A stretch of 64,000 nt of DNA from Chitinophagales bacterium (GCA_030832185.1 JAURJQ010000022.1:51273-115272); one strand, 5' to 3'; numbered from the stretch's first letter, positions 29,635-39,823 are shown. Translations and numbers: made by a program. The notes: a model not told the origin generated them from the sequence alone.

Positions 29635-30276
29635 ATGAATTTACAACGTTTCGCCTTTGTTTTCAGCTTTATAGGTTCTATACTTATTTCCACTGGCATT
29701 CGCTCACAAACATCAACCAATGAGGCAGAGGTCAAGCCTGCTGAAACGTTAGAAATAGATCGAACTATCAACCCTAATGTCGATACTATCTTAAAAAAAT
29801 CATTACCGCAAGTTAATATTATTGACAAAGTATATTCGAGGACCCAGGAAGAAGAAGAGGCTTATCAAAAGCTAAAGCGAAGAGTCATTAAGCTATACCC
29901 ATACGCTTTGATGGCTAAACAAATTTACGAGACCTCTGCCCAAGCTACGAGCAGTATGACAAATAAAGAAAAGAGAGTATATTTAAAGGGGAAAGAAAAG
30001 GAACTACGAGAACGATTTGAAAATGAAATCAAAGCACTTTATACCACAGATGGCCCTGTTTTAGTCAAATTGATACATCGTGAAACAAATAAAACTACTT
30101 ATGAACTTCTAAGAGAATCTAAAAGCTGGATTAATTGTCTATTTTATCAAATGGCCGCCAAAAATCATGGCTATTCCCTAAAAGACACACACGACCCTGC
30201 TATAGATAAGGACATTGAAAATATGGTGCAACTCCTTAAATCTGAAGGACAGTTACCTGTGTATTCTGGTATTTAA
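29635..30276 (+). CDS. DUF4294-like protein
   Basis: LKRRVIKLYPYA and G.VLVKLIHRET..T.YEL. Confidence 0.8.
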   Translation: MNLQRFAFVFSFIGSILISTGIRSQTSTNEAEVKPAETLEIDRTINPNVDTILKKSLPQVNIIDKVYSRTQEEEEAYQKLKRRVIKLYPYALMAKQIYETSAQATSSMTNKEKRVYLKGKEKELRERFENEIKALYTTDGPVLVKLIHRETNKTTYELLRESKSWINCLFYQMAAKNHGYSLKDTHDPAIDKDIENMVQLLKSEGQLPVYSGI

Positions 30277-30361
30277 CAGTTTCAATGAGTTAATAAACTA
30301 TTCAAACTTTGTAGAAACAAAATCGGCGAATTCTCTCTATTTCAACTAATTTCGCTTTTCA

Positions 30362-30781
30362 ATGAAGTTGAACTATAGCCTTATTAATATAGAATCGATA
30401 GCTGTAAAGCTATTAAGGCAATTTGAGCCTTATCGTATATTTTGTTTTGAAGGGACATTGGGAGCAGGCAAAACGACCCTTATAGAAGAAATATGCAGAC
30501 AACTGCACAGTAAAGACTCCTTATCTAGTCCTACTTTTTCGATAATCAACGAATACGATTCTCCAAATGGAGTCCTCTATCATATGGATTGGTATCGATT
30601 GAAAAATGAAGAAGAGGCTTTACAGATAGGGATAGAAGATTATTTATTTAGCGGTCATTATTGCTTTATAGAATGGCACAAACAAGCGGAGAACCTTATT
30701 CCTAAACCTTTTATCCATGTCACTTTGACTAATGCGGATGCCAATACACGAGCCCTTAAAGCGGATTTAATCGAAGAATGA
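30362..30781 (+). CDS. tsaE: t6A biosynthesis ATPase TsaE
   Basis: GTLGAGKTT, SSPTFSIINEY, HMDWYRL and FIEW. Confidence 0.95.
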   Translation: MKLNYSLINIESIAVKLLRQFEPYRIFCFEGTLGAGKTTLIEEICRQLHSKDSLSSPTFSIINEYDSPNGVLYHMDWYRLKNEEEALQIGIEDYLFSGHYCFIEWHKQAENLIPKPFIHVTLTNADANTRALKADLIEE

Positions 30782-31440
30782 ACAGAGTTGAAATAACCAA
30801 AGATGATTCCCCAACTCTTTACAGTGAAGCGTTTGGCCAAACCTATCACTCCATACATGGAGCCCTTTCTGAGAGTTTGCATGTCTTTATCAAGCATGGA
30901 TTAGCTGAAATAGCACAAAGTAAAAAAGAGATTTCAGTCTTTGAAATGGGTTTTGGAACAGGACTTAATGCAGCGCTCACTTGGCAATATGCCCTTCAAA
31001 ATCAGTTGCAAATAACCTATATTACGATTGAAAAATTTCCCATCTCTGAGGAGGTTTCCACTCAATTTATTACCCAAGACTCCGACCTCAATGACAGAAT
31101 AGTTCGTTTACAGGCGGTATCTTGGAATGAAAAACATATATTACCGCAGTTTAATTTTCAGAAAATCAAGGGGGATTTAATGAATCTAAATTTGAGCGCA
31201 CAGTTTGATCTTATCTATTACGATGCCTTCTCCCCTTCTTCCCAACCCGAATTATGGACCGAAGAAATTTTTTCAAAAATGTATATTCTCTTATACCCCA
31301 GTGGCCTTCTGACGACCTATTGTGCTAAAGGTCAGGTCAAGCGAAATTTAAAGAATGTAGGTTTTATAGTTGAATCTCCTCCAGGACCTATGCGAAAAAG
31401 AGAAATGACGGTAGCTAGGAAACTAATAAGTAATAACTAA
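30778..31440 (+). CDS. mnmD: tRNA mnm5s2U34 methyltransferase (stand-alone MnmC N-terminal domain)
   Basis: YHSIHGA..ES.HVF, EMGFGTGLN, YDAFSP...PELW, TYCAKG and PGPMRKREM. Confidence 0.9.
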   Translation: MNRVEITKDDSPTLYSEAFGQTYHSIHGALSESLHVFIKHGLAEIAQSKKEISVFEMGFGTGLNAALTWQYALQNQLQITYITIEKFPISEEVSTQFITQDSDLNDRIVRLQAVSWNEKHILPQFNFQKIKGDLMNLNLSAQFDLIYYDAFSPSSQPELWTEEIFSKMYILLYPSGLLTTYCAKGQVKRNLKNVGFIVESPPGPMRKREMTVARKLISNN

Positions 31441-31487
31441 GAACTAATAGGTAGTTTTGCTGATTATTGCAATTCAACTTTTTACTC

Positions 31488-31505
31488 TCCCGATAGCTAT
31501 CGGGA
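31488..31505. repeat. Perfect 18-bp palindrome TCCCGATAGCTATCGGGA (REP-like)
   Basis: GC-rich perfect inverted repeat in an AT-rich intergenic gap. Confidence 0.7.
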
Positions 31506-31524
31506 TTAAAACTTAAAACTACAA

Positions 31525-32691
31525 ATGCGTTTATTCCCCAATCAAATCAAAGCCTTAGAAGAAGTTATAGACCTAGTGGTAGTTCAAGGAGGTGTCTTAG
31601 ATGGAGAACTTAAGAAAAAAGTAGATTTCAACAAGAAATGGGGATCGAAAGATAGACGAAATTTCTATCAGGTAGCCTATGATATGGTTCGAAATTATGA
31701 ACTCCTAGATTACATAGGCAAGAAAGAAGATAAGGGTGTTATTGGTGCCTATTTGGCGAGTTTGGCGGATCATGCCACAGATTATGAAATCTATAAAAAC
31801 GATGAATCTATTCCGTTTCAGACGAGGTTTTCCTTGCCTAATAGTGCTTGGAAGATATATGAACGTGAAGCTCCAAATGCCCAAGCCAATATCCGTGCTA
31901 TGCAGCAGCAGGGAGCTGTTTTCTTGAGAATAAATACGGCTCTAATAAGTTTAGAAGCTTTTTCGGAGAAGCTAAATACCCATGAGATAGCCCATACTCT
32001 AATAACGAATATTCAATACAAGGAGCGCAGCTTTAACTTAAACTGCATCCAACTGCACCAGCGCATACAGCAGCACCGATATTTTTTTGAAGAAAACCAA
32101 TCTTACTATGAGATTCAAGATTTAGGCTCGCAAATCATAACTGAATTTATGGATTTTTCAAATGCGACAACCATTATAGAATCTTGCGCAGGACATGGCG
32201 GTAAGACGAGTCATATCCTAGATAAAACGAGGGAGACGAATCCTTTAATCATATCTTGTGACAAGGATAAGAAAAAATTAGAGGCACTTTTGGTGCGCAT
32301 AGCGAAATGGAAGAATCATAAAGTAGTCACAGAGCAAGCTAAAGACAAATTACTAGAGAAATATGAAAACATGGCAGACATAGTCTGCATGGATATGCCC
32401 TGCACTGGAAGTGGTACATTGAAACGGCAGGCAGATATAAAATATCGAATCTCTGAAAAAATTCTTGAAGAACGAGTCGCTAGTCAGCGGGAGGTTTTTC
32501 ATCTATTTGATAGTACCCTGAAATCTGGAGGACAGCTTCTCTACTCTACTTGTAGCCTTTTTAAATCTGAAAATACGAGTCAAATAGAATATATAGTCAG
32601 TCAAGGGTATTCTTTAGAAGATGAGCTATTACTAGAGCCTAGTCAGTATCCTGGGGATGGTTTTTATATGGCTCGATTGAGGAAGAATTAA
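31525..32691 (+). CDS. RsmB/NOP-family RNA m5C methyltransferase
   Basis: KWGSKDRR, EIQDLGSQ, CAGHGGKT, DMPCTGSG and YSTCS motifs. Confidence 0.9.
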   Translation: MRLFPNQIKALEEVIDLVVVQGGVLDGELKKKVDFNKKWGSKDRRNFYQVAYDMVRNYELLDYIGKKEDKGVIGAYLASLADHATDYEIYKNDESIPFQTRFSLPNSAWKIYEREAPNAQANIRAMQQQGAVFLRINTALISLEAFSEKLNTHEIAHTLITNIQYKERSFNLNCIQLHQRIQQHRYFFEENQSYYEIQDLGSQIITEFMDFSNATTIIESCAGHGGKTSHILDKTRETNPLIISCDKDKKKLEALLVRIAKWKNHKVVTEQAKDKLLEKYENMADIVCMDMPCTGSGTLKRQADIKYRISEKILEERVASQREVFHLFDSTLKSGGQLLYSTCSLFKSENTSQIEYIVSQGYSLEDELLLEPSQYPGDGFYMARLRKN

Positions 32692-33017
32692 ACATTCCCA
32701 TACGCACAATGCCTGCAACCGCTTCCACAGCAGTATCCGCGTTTGATATGAAAGTATTCTTTCATAACCTTGTACGGCCCTTCGTAGTAGTAATCTAACC
32801 CTTCTACCATAATATCCAAAGATGTTGATTCTTTCAAAATATGCTCTTGTATTTGATTTATTTCCATCAAACAAGAACTGCACAGACAATCATACTTGGT
32901 CTTAGCTAAATAAATTTTTGTTTCAGAAGAAAGTTGGATAGAACTACAACCGCAGTTGGCTATATCATTTACAAGGCAGCTAAAAGCTGATCCGCAGCGC
33001 TGACAAGTTTTCTGCAC
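32688..33017 (-). CDS. Cys-rich CWC-like plus DUF5522-like fusion protein
   Basis: N-terminal CQRCGSAFSC...CGC...CLCSSC; C-terminal DYYYEG...HIKRGYCCGSGCRHCAYG. Confidence 0.8.
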   Translation of the reverse strand: MQKTCQRCGSAFSCLVNDIANCGCSSIQLSSETKIYLAKTKYDCLCSSCLMEINQIQEHILKESTSLDIMVEGLDYYYEGPYKVMKEYFHIKRGYCCGSGCRHCAYGNV

Positions 33018-33024
33018 AACTATT

Positions 33025-33600
33025 TTATACGTACTTCAAATACGGAAGTCTCAAAGTAGCAAAGCGATTCTGCAATAGATAGAATGCTCCGAAAAGAATG
33101 CTAGTATAAAAAAAATCACCTAAAAGTGTATTTTTCAAGAAAGGCAAACCCGCAGCATATGAAGACATAAGACCTGTTAAATCCTTAGAATAAAAAGGAA
33201 GTGAAATCCACGCTCCGAAATTAGAAATTATAAAAAATACAAGCGTAGTAGCTAAACTACCGCCTATTACTTTGGTTTTATTTATGCTAGTAAAGAAAGT
33301 AGAGCCCACAAGAGCAATCACCACATAAGCAATATACTGCCATATAAAACCATCATAGAAAAAGGTAAATCCATTATTCATAGAGGAGTAAATGGTATTA
33401 TTAAGAATAACATCGCTGACAAAGGTTGCGAATAAAGTAACGAGAATAGCTTTCCATAATTTATCGAAATGTGCTGCACAAAATAAAGCTGTAGCAGCCA
33501 TAGGAGAGAAATTAGGCATATGTGGGATTAAACGAGCTAAGGACACAACAATAATTAAGGCAATTAATGCACCATATTTCAATTCTATTTTATTATTCAT
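33025..33600 (-). CDS. DUF6580-like putative transport membrane protein
   Basis: RLIPHMPNFSPMAATALF, FFIISNFGAW and Y.AGLPF..NT..GD; 5-6 TM segments. Confidence 0.8.
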   Translation of the reverse strand: MNNKIELKYGALIALIIVVSLARLIPHMPNFSPMAATALFCAAHFDKLWKAILVTLFATFVSDVILNNTIYSSMNNGFTFFYDGFIWQYIAYVVIALVGSTFFTSINKTKVIGGSLATTLVFFIISNFGAWISLPFYSKDLTGLMSSYAAGLPFLKNTLLGDFFYTSILFGAFYLLQNRFATLRLPYLKYV

Positions 33601-33939
33601 GTTTGAGCAATTCTAAATTAAAAAGCAAAAATAGAAGATTCATTTCAAACTAAAAAAAAAAGATAAGTGATTTTAACTACATAGAACTCATAGCAGTGAA
33701 ATTAGTTAAATTTTATTCACCTTTTTCTATGTAAGAATTTATTTTCTATGCATTTAAATCTTCAATAGTTAGTATTTTAAAGCTAAGGTAGACGCTTTGC
33801 TTTACATAGTATTGGGCATGATTTATATTACATTTTATGTGTCATATGTGTTTCATTTGTTAATATCCTTTTAATTGTGGTTATTATACCTTATCCAAAA
33901 AAAAATAACGGACAAAAACCAAGTCTATATATTTGCAGG

Positions 33940-34114
33940 ATTGGGAGATAAAAGTCCGTAATGGATCTTATCTTTAAAAACGGGAATGCGGTGTAAATCC
34001 GCAGCAGTGCCAGCTACTGTATGTTCCATTCGTTTTTCTCCAAGCAAATCCACTGTGCGTCTGCAGCGCATGGGAAGGAAGGAGAAAAGGAATAAGTCAG
34101 GAAACCTACCCAAT
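33940..34114 (+). promoter_or_regulatory. Cobalamin (AdoCbl) riboswitch
   Basis: Conserved elements AAACGGGAATGCGGTGTAAATCCGCAGCAGTGCCAGCTACTGTA, CCACTG...GGGAAGG and B12 box AAGTCAGGAAACCT. P1 is ATTGGG/CCCAAT. Promoter motif TATATTTG at 33928-33935. Lies upstream of a TonB-dependent receptor. Confidence 0.93.
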
Positions 34115-34175
34115 AAAGTAATACATTCCCTCACTGTGCATGGGTGGATATTATTAATTTATTAAACACAAACAA

Positions 34176-35993
34176 ATGAACAAATTGACATACGGTTTCC
34201 GTATTGGCTTGTATCTATGTGTACTCGCCGCAACTTCTCTATCTGCTCAAGATCGAGACAGCAGTTATCTGCTCAAAGGAGTTGAGATTAAATCGCTCAA
34301 AGCCAATTTTACGAAAACAAATTATCTAAACGAAGTATACACGGCCAATGCGCTCCAATTCCAATTGGCTGACCTCTACATCAAGAATTATGGAATTGGT
34401 CAGCTATCGACATTTTCTGTGAGAGGGTTGGGTCCAGAGAATGTAGCTATTTTATGGGAAGGCTTGCCCATCAATTCAACTATGAATGGGTTATTAGACC
34501 TCAACCAAGTTCCTAATTCCCTGCTACAAAGTATTCAATACCGAGCGGACGATAACCGATTGACCTCTGGGGGTAGTCTTTCAATTCGCAATACAGAAAT
34601 GAATCAAAATATGATGGCTATTTCCTCTACATCCTATTTATCCGAACTATTTTCACACAAAATAGACGGTAACTTTCAAATAGGAAAATCGAAATTTAGC
34701 TTTGTCAATCAACTAACACACGGCAGAAATATGTTTGACTATATAAATGCTAATAATGAGCGAAGCAGGATAGATCATAATGCCGTACAACAAATCAACA
34801 CCCAATTTTTCTATACCTATCAGCTAGCTAAGTGGAATGTAAATACAGGTTTTTGGTATCAAAACCAAGATAGACGAATACCAGAATCTGGATTTTACCC
34901 TGTGCAGACACAAAGTTTGATAGATAGAAATGCAAGAGTCTTCGCTGGATTAAGCAATTCCAACTGGGATATCAAATTAAGCTATATGAGCGAAAGTCAA
35001 CAATATAATGACCAAAATTCGGCATGGGGGCCTCCGACAGAATCTAGACATAAAGTCGTTTCCTGGAAAGGACTTATCCAATACCAAGGAAAACTAAATG
35101 ATAAAATTCAATTCAACTATAACCTCTACCCTTCTCATTATAATGTGAGATCATCCAACCTAAAGGATTCTAGCACCAATATCTTAGAAGCTATTCAAAC
35201 AGCTAATATGATATATACAGCTAATAATAAATTAAGCATAGAAGGTGGTTTGAAATCTCAAATGAATACAAACTTCAGCAATTTCTTTCTGCCATATGCA
35301 GCCTTGCACTACAAACTAAATAAGGGATGGATGACTAGCCTTATTGCAGATATTAATGAGCGAAATCCGACTATGAATGACCTATATTTTCAGTTTTATG
35401 GCAATATAAATCTAAGACCAGAGACCAACTATCAGATTAGAAATAGCTGGAAGTATAGTAATGGAAATACATCAGACAAGATTATCGTGGGAATAGAGCC
35501 CTATTATATCCGAAGCATAGATAAGATAAACTATCTACCAGATTCCGCATTTAGGGTATTCAATATAGATAAAACGACCACCTTTGGATTCAACACCAAT
35601 ATGGAGTGGGTGAGAAAAATCAGCTTGAACAATAGTCTGAGAACCATACTCAATGTCAATTATCAAGAATCAAAAGATCAAAATGAAAAGCATTTGGCTT
35701 ATGTTCCTAATTTTAAGACTATTCTTTCTCTTAACTGGATCAATAAGCATTATGAAGTACTAATGCAGAATAATTATACTGCGCAGCGCTTCACCAATAC
35801 GGCCAATTCAGGGAGTTTAGCTCCTTATCTACTGACCAATCTAAAAGCTACCTATAAACACATTGTAAAATCAAATCAAGTAAATTTCAGCATAGGAATC
35901 GACAATTTATGGAATGAAAATTTCCAAGAAATCCAAGGTGCTTTTATGCCTTTGAGAAACTATTACTTTAATGTGACTGCCTTATTGAAATAA
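34176..35993 (+). CDS. btuB: TonB-dependent receptor, probable cobalamin transporter (BtuB-like)
   Basis: Plug motif SVRGLG....ILWEGLPIN, RNPTMNDLY...GN.NLRPE, C-terminal NLWNE.F...P.RNY. Preceded by a B12 riboswitch. Confidence 0.8.
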   Translation: MNKLTYGFRIGLYLCVLAATSLSAQDRDSSYLLKGVEIKSLKANFTKTNYLNEVYTANALQFQLADLYIKNYGIGQLSTFSVRGLGPENVAILWEGLPINSTMNGLLDLNQVPNSLLQSIQYRADDNRLTSGGSLSIRNTEMNQNMMAISSTSYLSELFSHKIDGNFQIGKSKFSFVNQLTHGRNMFDYINANNERSRIDHNAVQQINTQFFYTYQLAKWNVNTGFWYQNQDRRIPESGFYPVQTQSLIDRNARVFAGLSNSNWDIKLSYMSESQQYNDQNSAWGPPTESRHKVVSWKGLIQYQGKLNDKIQFNYNLYPSHYNVRSSNLKDSSTNILEAIQTANMIYTANNKLSIEGGLKSQMNTNFSNFFLPYAALHYKLNKGWMTSLIADINERNPTMNDLYFQFYGNINLRPETNYQIRNSWKYSNGNTSDKIIVGIEPYYIRSIDKINYLPDSAFRVFNIDKTTTFGFNTNMEWVRKISLNNSLRTILNVNYQESKDQNEKHLAYVPNFKTILSLNWINKHYEVLMQNNYTAQRFTNTANSGSLAPYLLTNLKATYKHIVKSNQVNFSIGIDNLWNENFQEIQGAFMPLRNYYFNVTALLK

Positions 35994-36009
35994 ATCTATA
36001 GCAATTCAT

Positions 36010-36044
36010 TGCCCCAAAGGTCAAACTTAGGGGCATTTTTTTTT
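36010..36044 (+). terminator. Intrinsic terminator
   Basis: TGCCCC...GGGGCA stem followed by T9. Confidence 0.8.
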
Positions 36045-36061
36045 AATAAAAAAGGACCTAA

Positions 36062-36982
36062 CTATAGCTGATTTCCGTTTAAAAAACTCTTGATATCCAT
36101 CGGCTTTTTTCCTTCTGCCTGAATCTCTGTCACCCAGTAAAATCCATTATTACAGGTTAATTTCAGAAAACTAGAATTGTCTGTGACGAGTTCACATGTT
36201 TTTTCATGAACTTTTTCTAGACTGTAATGCCCTTTTTTCACGATATACTTTTTATCCTTATACAGAAAGAAAGGCTTATACACAGGATTAAGTCCTCTCA
36301 CTAGATTATGAATGGACTCACAAGAACTATAGTCTTTTATTTCTAAAATATCCTTATCTATCTTCGGAGCCGATTTGTCAGTGGATTTAAATTCTTGCGG
36401 TGAACTTTTATAATCGCCACGTTCTATTTTAGACAATGTCTCTATGAGTAAACTCGCGCCTATTTCTTTTAACTTGAAGTATAGTGAGCCAAAATCGTCT
36501 GAAACCTCTATTTTACATGTCTGCTGAAATAATATATCCCCTTTATCTATCTCTTGATTGATGAAAAAAGTTGTCACGCCGGTTTCCTTCTCGCCATTGA
36601 TTATAGCCCAATTGATAGGCGCTGCTCCTCTGTAATTCGGCAATAATGATCCGTGTAAATTAATCGTACCAATTTTCGGGGCTGACCATATCACTTCTGG
36701 CATCATACGAAAAGCTACGACCACCGCTATATCTATCTCCAAACTTTTAAATAAATCTACAAAGTCCTGAGACTTCATTTTCTCAGGTTGATAAATAGTT
36801 AAGTTCTTCTCTAAAGCGTATTTCTTGACATCCGAAATACTCAATTGCTGTCCTCTGCCACTCGGCTTATCAGGCGCAGTAATGACAGCTACTATATTCC
36901 AGCCATTTTCTACCATTTTTTTTAAACTAGCTACAGCAAAATCTGGTGTCCCAAAAAAAGCGATTCGTAAATTCTTGCTCAT
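36062..36982 (-). CDS. fmt: Methionyl-tRNA formyltransferase
   Basis: FFGTPDFA, PDKPSGRG and NLHGSLLPNYRGAAPI. Confidence 0.97.
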   Translation of the reverse strand: MSKNLRIAFFGTPDFAVASLKKMVENGWNIVAVITAPDKPSGRGQQLSISDVKKYALEKNLTIYQPEKMKSQDFVDLFKSLEIDIAVVVAFRMMPEVIWSAPKIGTINLHGSLLPNYRGAAPINWAIINGEKETGVTTFFINQEIDKGDILFQQTCKIEVSDDFGSLYFKLKEIGASLLIETLSKIERGDYKSSPQEFKSTDKSAPKIDKDILEIKDYSSCESIHNLVRGLNPVYKPFFLYKDKKYIVKKGHYSLEKVHEKTCELVTDNSSFLKLTCNNGFYWVTEIQAEGKKPMDIKSFLNGNQL

Positions 36983-37033
36983 ATATGCGTAAAAATAAAG
37001 TTTATTCTATTAGTTCATATATATTTGTAAATA

Positions 37034-38248
37034 ATGAACAGTACCATAATCACCATAGGCGATGAATTGCTTATAGGTCAAGTCATAGACACTAACTCTG
37101 CCTTTATAGCGCAGCGCATGAACGAAATAGGTATAGCTATCGAGCGCAGAATAGCAATCAGCGATAGTTTATCTGCTATCCAGCAAACGATTTTAGAAGC
37201 ATGGAAAACCTCTCCTATATTGATAATGACTGGTGGCCTAGGCCCTACCAAAGATGACATCACGAAAAAAGCATTAGCTGATTTATTTCAAGTTGGGTTC
37301 AAGCGCGATGAGCCAACCTATCTGCATGTCAAATCATTTTTTGAAGCGCGCAAGACTCCTTTTCTATCTGTCAATGAAGCGCAAGCTGATATTCCAGAAA
37401 ATGCCGAAGTACTTTTTAATGCCCGTGGCACCGCGCCAGGAATGTGGTTCGATATTGATGGAAAAATACTCATATGTATGCCTGGGGTGCCTTATGAGAT
37501 GGAGTATATCCTGCATACGCATGTTATTGAAAAATTGCAACGTCGATTTAATTTACCAGCGCTTTATTATGCGTATATTCAGACCTGCGGTCTGGGCGAG
37601 AGTTTTTTAGCTAAGAAAATAAGTCAGATTGAAGATAGATTAAGTGCAGGTATAGGTCTAGCTTATTTGCCCTCCCCTATGGCAGTCAATCTAAGGCTCA
37701 GTGGACAGGCAGAACATAGGCAAGAAATAGACCTTGCAGCCGCTGCTATTCAATCAGAATTAAGCGACTATATTTATGGCATATCAAAGACGCCAATAGA
37801 AGAACTAGTTTATCATAGATTAAAAGAAACTAACCAAACGATAACTCTTGTTGAGAGCTGCACTGGAGGTTTTATTTCTCATTTACTAACGAATATAAGT
37901 GGCTCTTCGGATGTCTATATAGGAGGGTGGAATGTATATACGAATCCATTTAAAACTAAACAACTCAATATACCAGAAGCTACTATCCGAGAACATACTG
38001 CAGTAAGTGAAGAATGCGCCCGAGAACTACTAGAGAAAGCGCTAGATAAAACCAATGCGAACTATGCAATAGCTGTGGTAGGTTATCTAGAAAAATATGA
38101 GGAGAATAAACCGCATGCTTATATAGCCTATGGCAGTTCAGAGGATATCCGCACGAAAAAAGTCGATTTATTCCAGCCGCGTGTGAAAGCCAAAGAGGCT
38201 ATAGCAAAAGTAGCTTTAGTGAGTTTATATAGAGAATTTTTAATTTGA
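37034..38248 (+). CDS. cinA: CinA-family NMN deamidase-related protein
   Basis: GDELLIGQVIDTN, GGLGPTKDD, GTAPG and C-terminal ESCTGG. Confidence 0.93.
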   Translation: MNSTIITIGDELLIGQVIDTNSAFIAQRMNEIGIAIERRIAISDSLSAIQQTILEAWKTSPILIMTGGLGPTKDDITKKALADLFQVGFKRDEPTYLHVKSFFEARKTPFLSVNEAQADIPENAEVLFNARGTAPGMWFDIDGKILICMPGVPYEMEYILHTHVIEKLQRRFNLPALYYAYIQTCGLGESFLAKKISQIEDRLSAGIGLAYLPSPMAVNLRLSGQAEHRQEIDLAAAAIQSELSDYIYGISKTPIEELVYHRLKETNQTITLVESCTGGFISHLLTNISGSSDVYIGGWNVYTNPFKTKQLNIPEATIREHTAVSEECARELLEKALDKTNANYAIAVVGYLEKYEENKPHAYIAYGSSEDIRTKKVDLFQPRVKAKEAIAKVALVSLYREFLI

Positions 38249-38255
38249 AAAAGTT

Positions 38256-38987
38256 CTGGAAAAGTACGTTATTTTTTATGTATTAGCCTTAGTAGCTGAA
38301 ATTCTCGGAACACTAAGTGGATTTGGTTCTTCCATACTTTTCGTACCTCTAGCATCCTATTTTTTTGATATAAAATATGTATTAGGCATTACTGCCATGT
38401 TTCATGTATTTAGCAATCTATCCAAGATCTATTTATTCCATGAGCATATGAATAAAAATATAATAATCAAACTAGGAGTCCCTGCTATAGTTTTCGTTAT
38501 ATTAGGCTCTATATTGAGTAAATATATACCTACCTATTATTTGGAAATTGCGATTTGTGTGGTTTTGACTTTGGTCGCTATTTTCTTATTAATATTCTCT
38601 GAAAAGGGGTTAGAATTAAATAATCGAAACCTCGTCACTAGTGGTGTTTTTTCAGGATTTTTCGCTGGAGCTATAGGTAGCGGAGGAGCCCTTAGAGGTT
38701 TAGCTTTAACTAGTCTGCAGGTAGATAAATCTATTTTAATATCAACCTCAGCAGTTATAGATTTAGGTGTGGACTTCAGTCGAACTATTGTCTATTATTT
38801 CAATGGATTTATCAGTAAAGAATCCTTGTACATATTGCCAGGATTAATTCTTGTCGCTATCCTTGGCAGCTATGTAGGAAAGAGACTCTTGGTTTATCTG
38901 AGCCAATCAAATTTCAAAAAACTAGTTTTAATCATTATTATAGCTACCTCAATCCTACAGCTATTTAAATTAATTAAACACATCTAA
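38256..38987 (+). CDS. TauE/SafE-family exporter
   Basis: GTLSGFGSS and GFFAGAIGSGGALRG repeats. The frame extends 47 codons upstream of the track's ATG 38397 to a CTG at 38256. Confidence 0.82.
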   Translation: MEKYVIFYVLALVAEILGTLSGFGSSILFVPLASYFFDIKYVLGITAMFHVFSNLSKIYLFHEHMNKNIIIKLGVPAIVFVILGSILSKYIPTYYLEIAICVVLTLVAIFLLIFSEKGLELNNRNLVTSGVFSGFFAGAIGSGGALRGLALTSLQVDKSILISTSAVIDLGVDFSRTIVYYFNGFISKESLYILPGLILVAILGSYVGKRLLVYLSQSNFKKLVLIIIIATSILQLFKLIKHI

Positions 38988-39812
38988 ATCTTTCCCGTCA
39001 AAACTAGCAAAGACCATTGTTGGGAAAGAATCACGATGCATCATATTTCCTGATTTATCGAGGCAAATAGCTCCAGCAAAACCATTAAATAATTTGATTT
39101 CGTCAAATGTTTTTTCTACTGCGTTTTCAAGATTCATTCCATCTGTCACTCGTGTGACTATTTTTACTGCCATAGCCCCACTGACTATATCTTCACCAAC
39201 TCCGGTGAGACTCACACCGCAATAATCATTCGCATAATTACCTGCCACCGTAGCTGAATCTGACACCCGTCCCACCAGTTCGAACCCCTTACCGCCTGTA
39301 GAGGTGCCAGCAGCAAGATGACCGCTTCTATCTATGGCTACACAGCCTACAGTGCCCGTACCTAATGATTTTAGCTTGACTTCATACTCATGCCGGCGTT
39401 TAGGTATTTCAGTAGAAAATTTTTCAAATCCATGTTTACGAGCATAATTAATGGCTCCTTCTCCAGCTAGTATTCTGTCTTGTTCCTTTTGCAGAACCAT
39501 GGCTACTTGAATAGGATTCTTTGTATTTTCTAGATTAATGACACCACTCATTTTCTTTGAAACACCATCCATAAGAGACGCACTCATCCGAATTTTTCCA
39601 TCGCGCTGTATCATTGAACCTATGCCGGCATTAAAGAGTTCATCATCTTCTAACAAACTAACAGCATAAACAACGGTTTCTAATGCTGTATGGGATTTTA
39701 GATAATCATAAGAGGATTTAACAATGCGCTCTAAACTATCTTGTTTAGCCTTTTTAGTTTCTTGACTTTGTGAAGACTCCGAGAAGAAACCACCATGTAT
39801 GATTATTTTCAT
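38970..39812 (-). CDS. iaaA: Isoaspartyl peptidase/L-asparaginase (Ntn hydrolase)
   Basis: IIIHGG, FNAGIGS, G|TVGCVA autocleavage site, TSTGG and GRVSDS. Confidence 0.9.
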   Translation of the reverse strand: MKIIIHGGFFSESSQSQETKKAKQDSLERIVKSSYDYLKSHTALETVVYAVSLLEDDELFNAGIGSMIQRDGKIRMSASLMDGVSKKMSGVINLENTKNPIQVAMVLQKEQDRILAGEGAINYARKHGFEKFSTEIPKRRHEYEVKLKSLGTGTVGCVAIDRSGHLAAGTSTGGKGFELVGRVSDSATVAGNYANDYCGVSLTGVGEDIVSGAMAVKIVTRVTDGMNLENAVEKTFDEIKLFNGFAGAICLDKSGNMMHRDSFPTMVFASFDGKDLDVFN

Positions 39813-39823
39813 TAATACTATAC

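Noticed and set aside
29487-29828. 113-aa minus-strand ORF, representative of the many short ORFs nested in or antisense to long genes (e.g. 3547, 3820, 16769, 27620, 43067, 52699, 63152)
   Set aside because: They overlap well-supported genes and show no motifs, so they are treated as shadow frames.
33925-34134. 69-aa minus-strand ORF
   Set aside because: Lies antisense to the cobalamin riboswitch and has no protein features.
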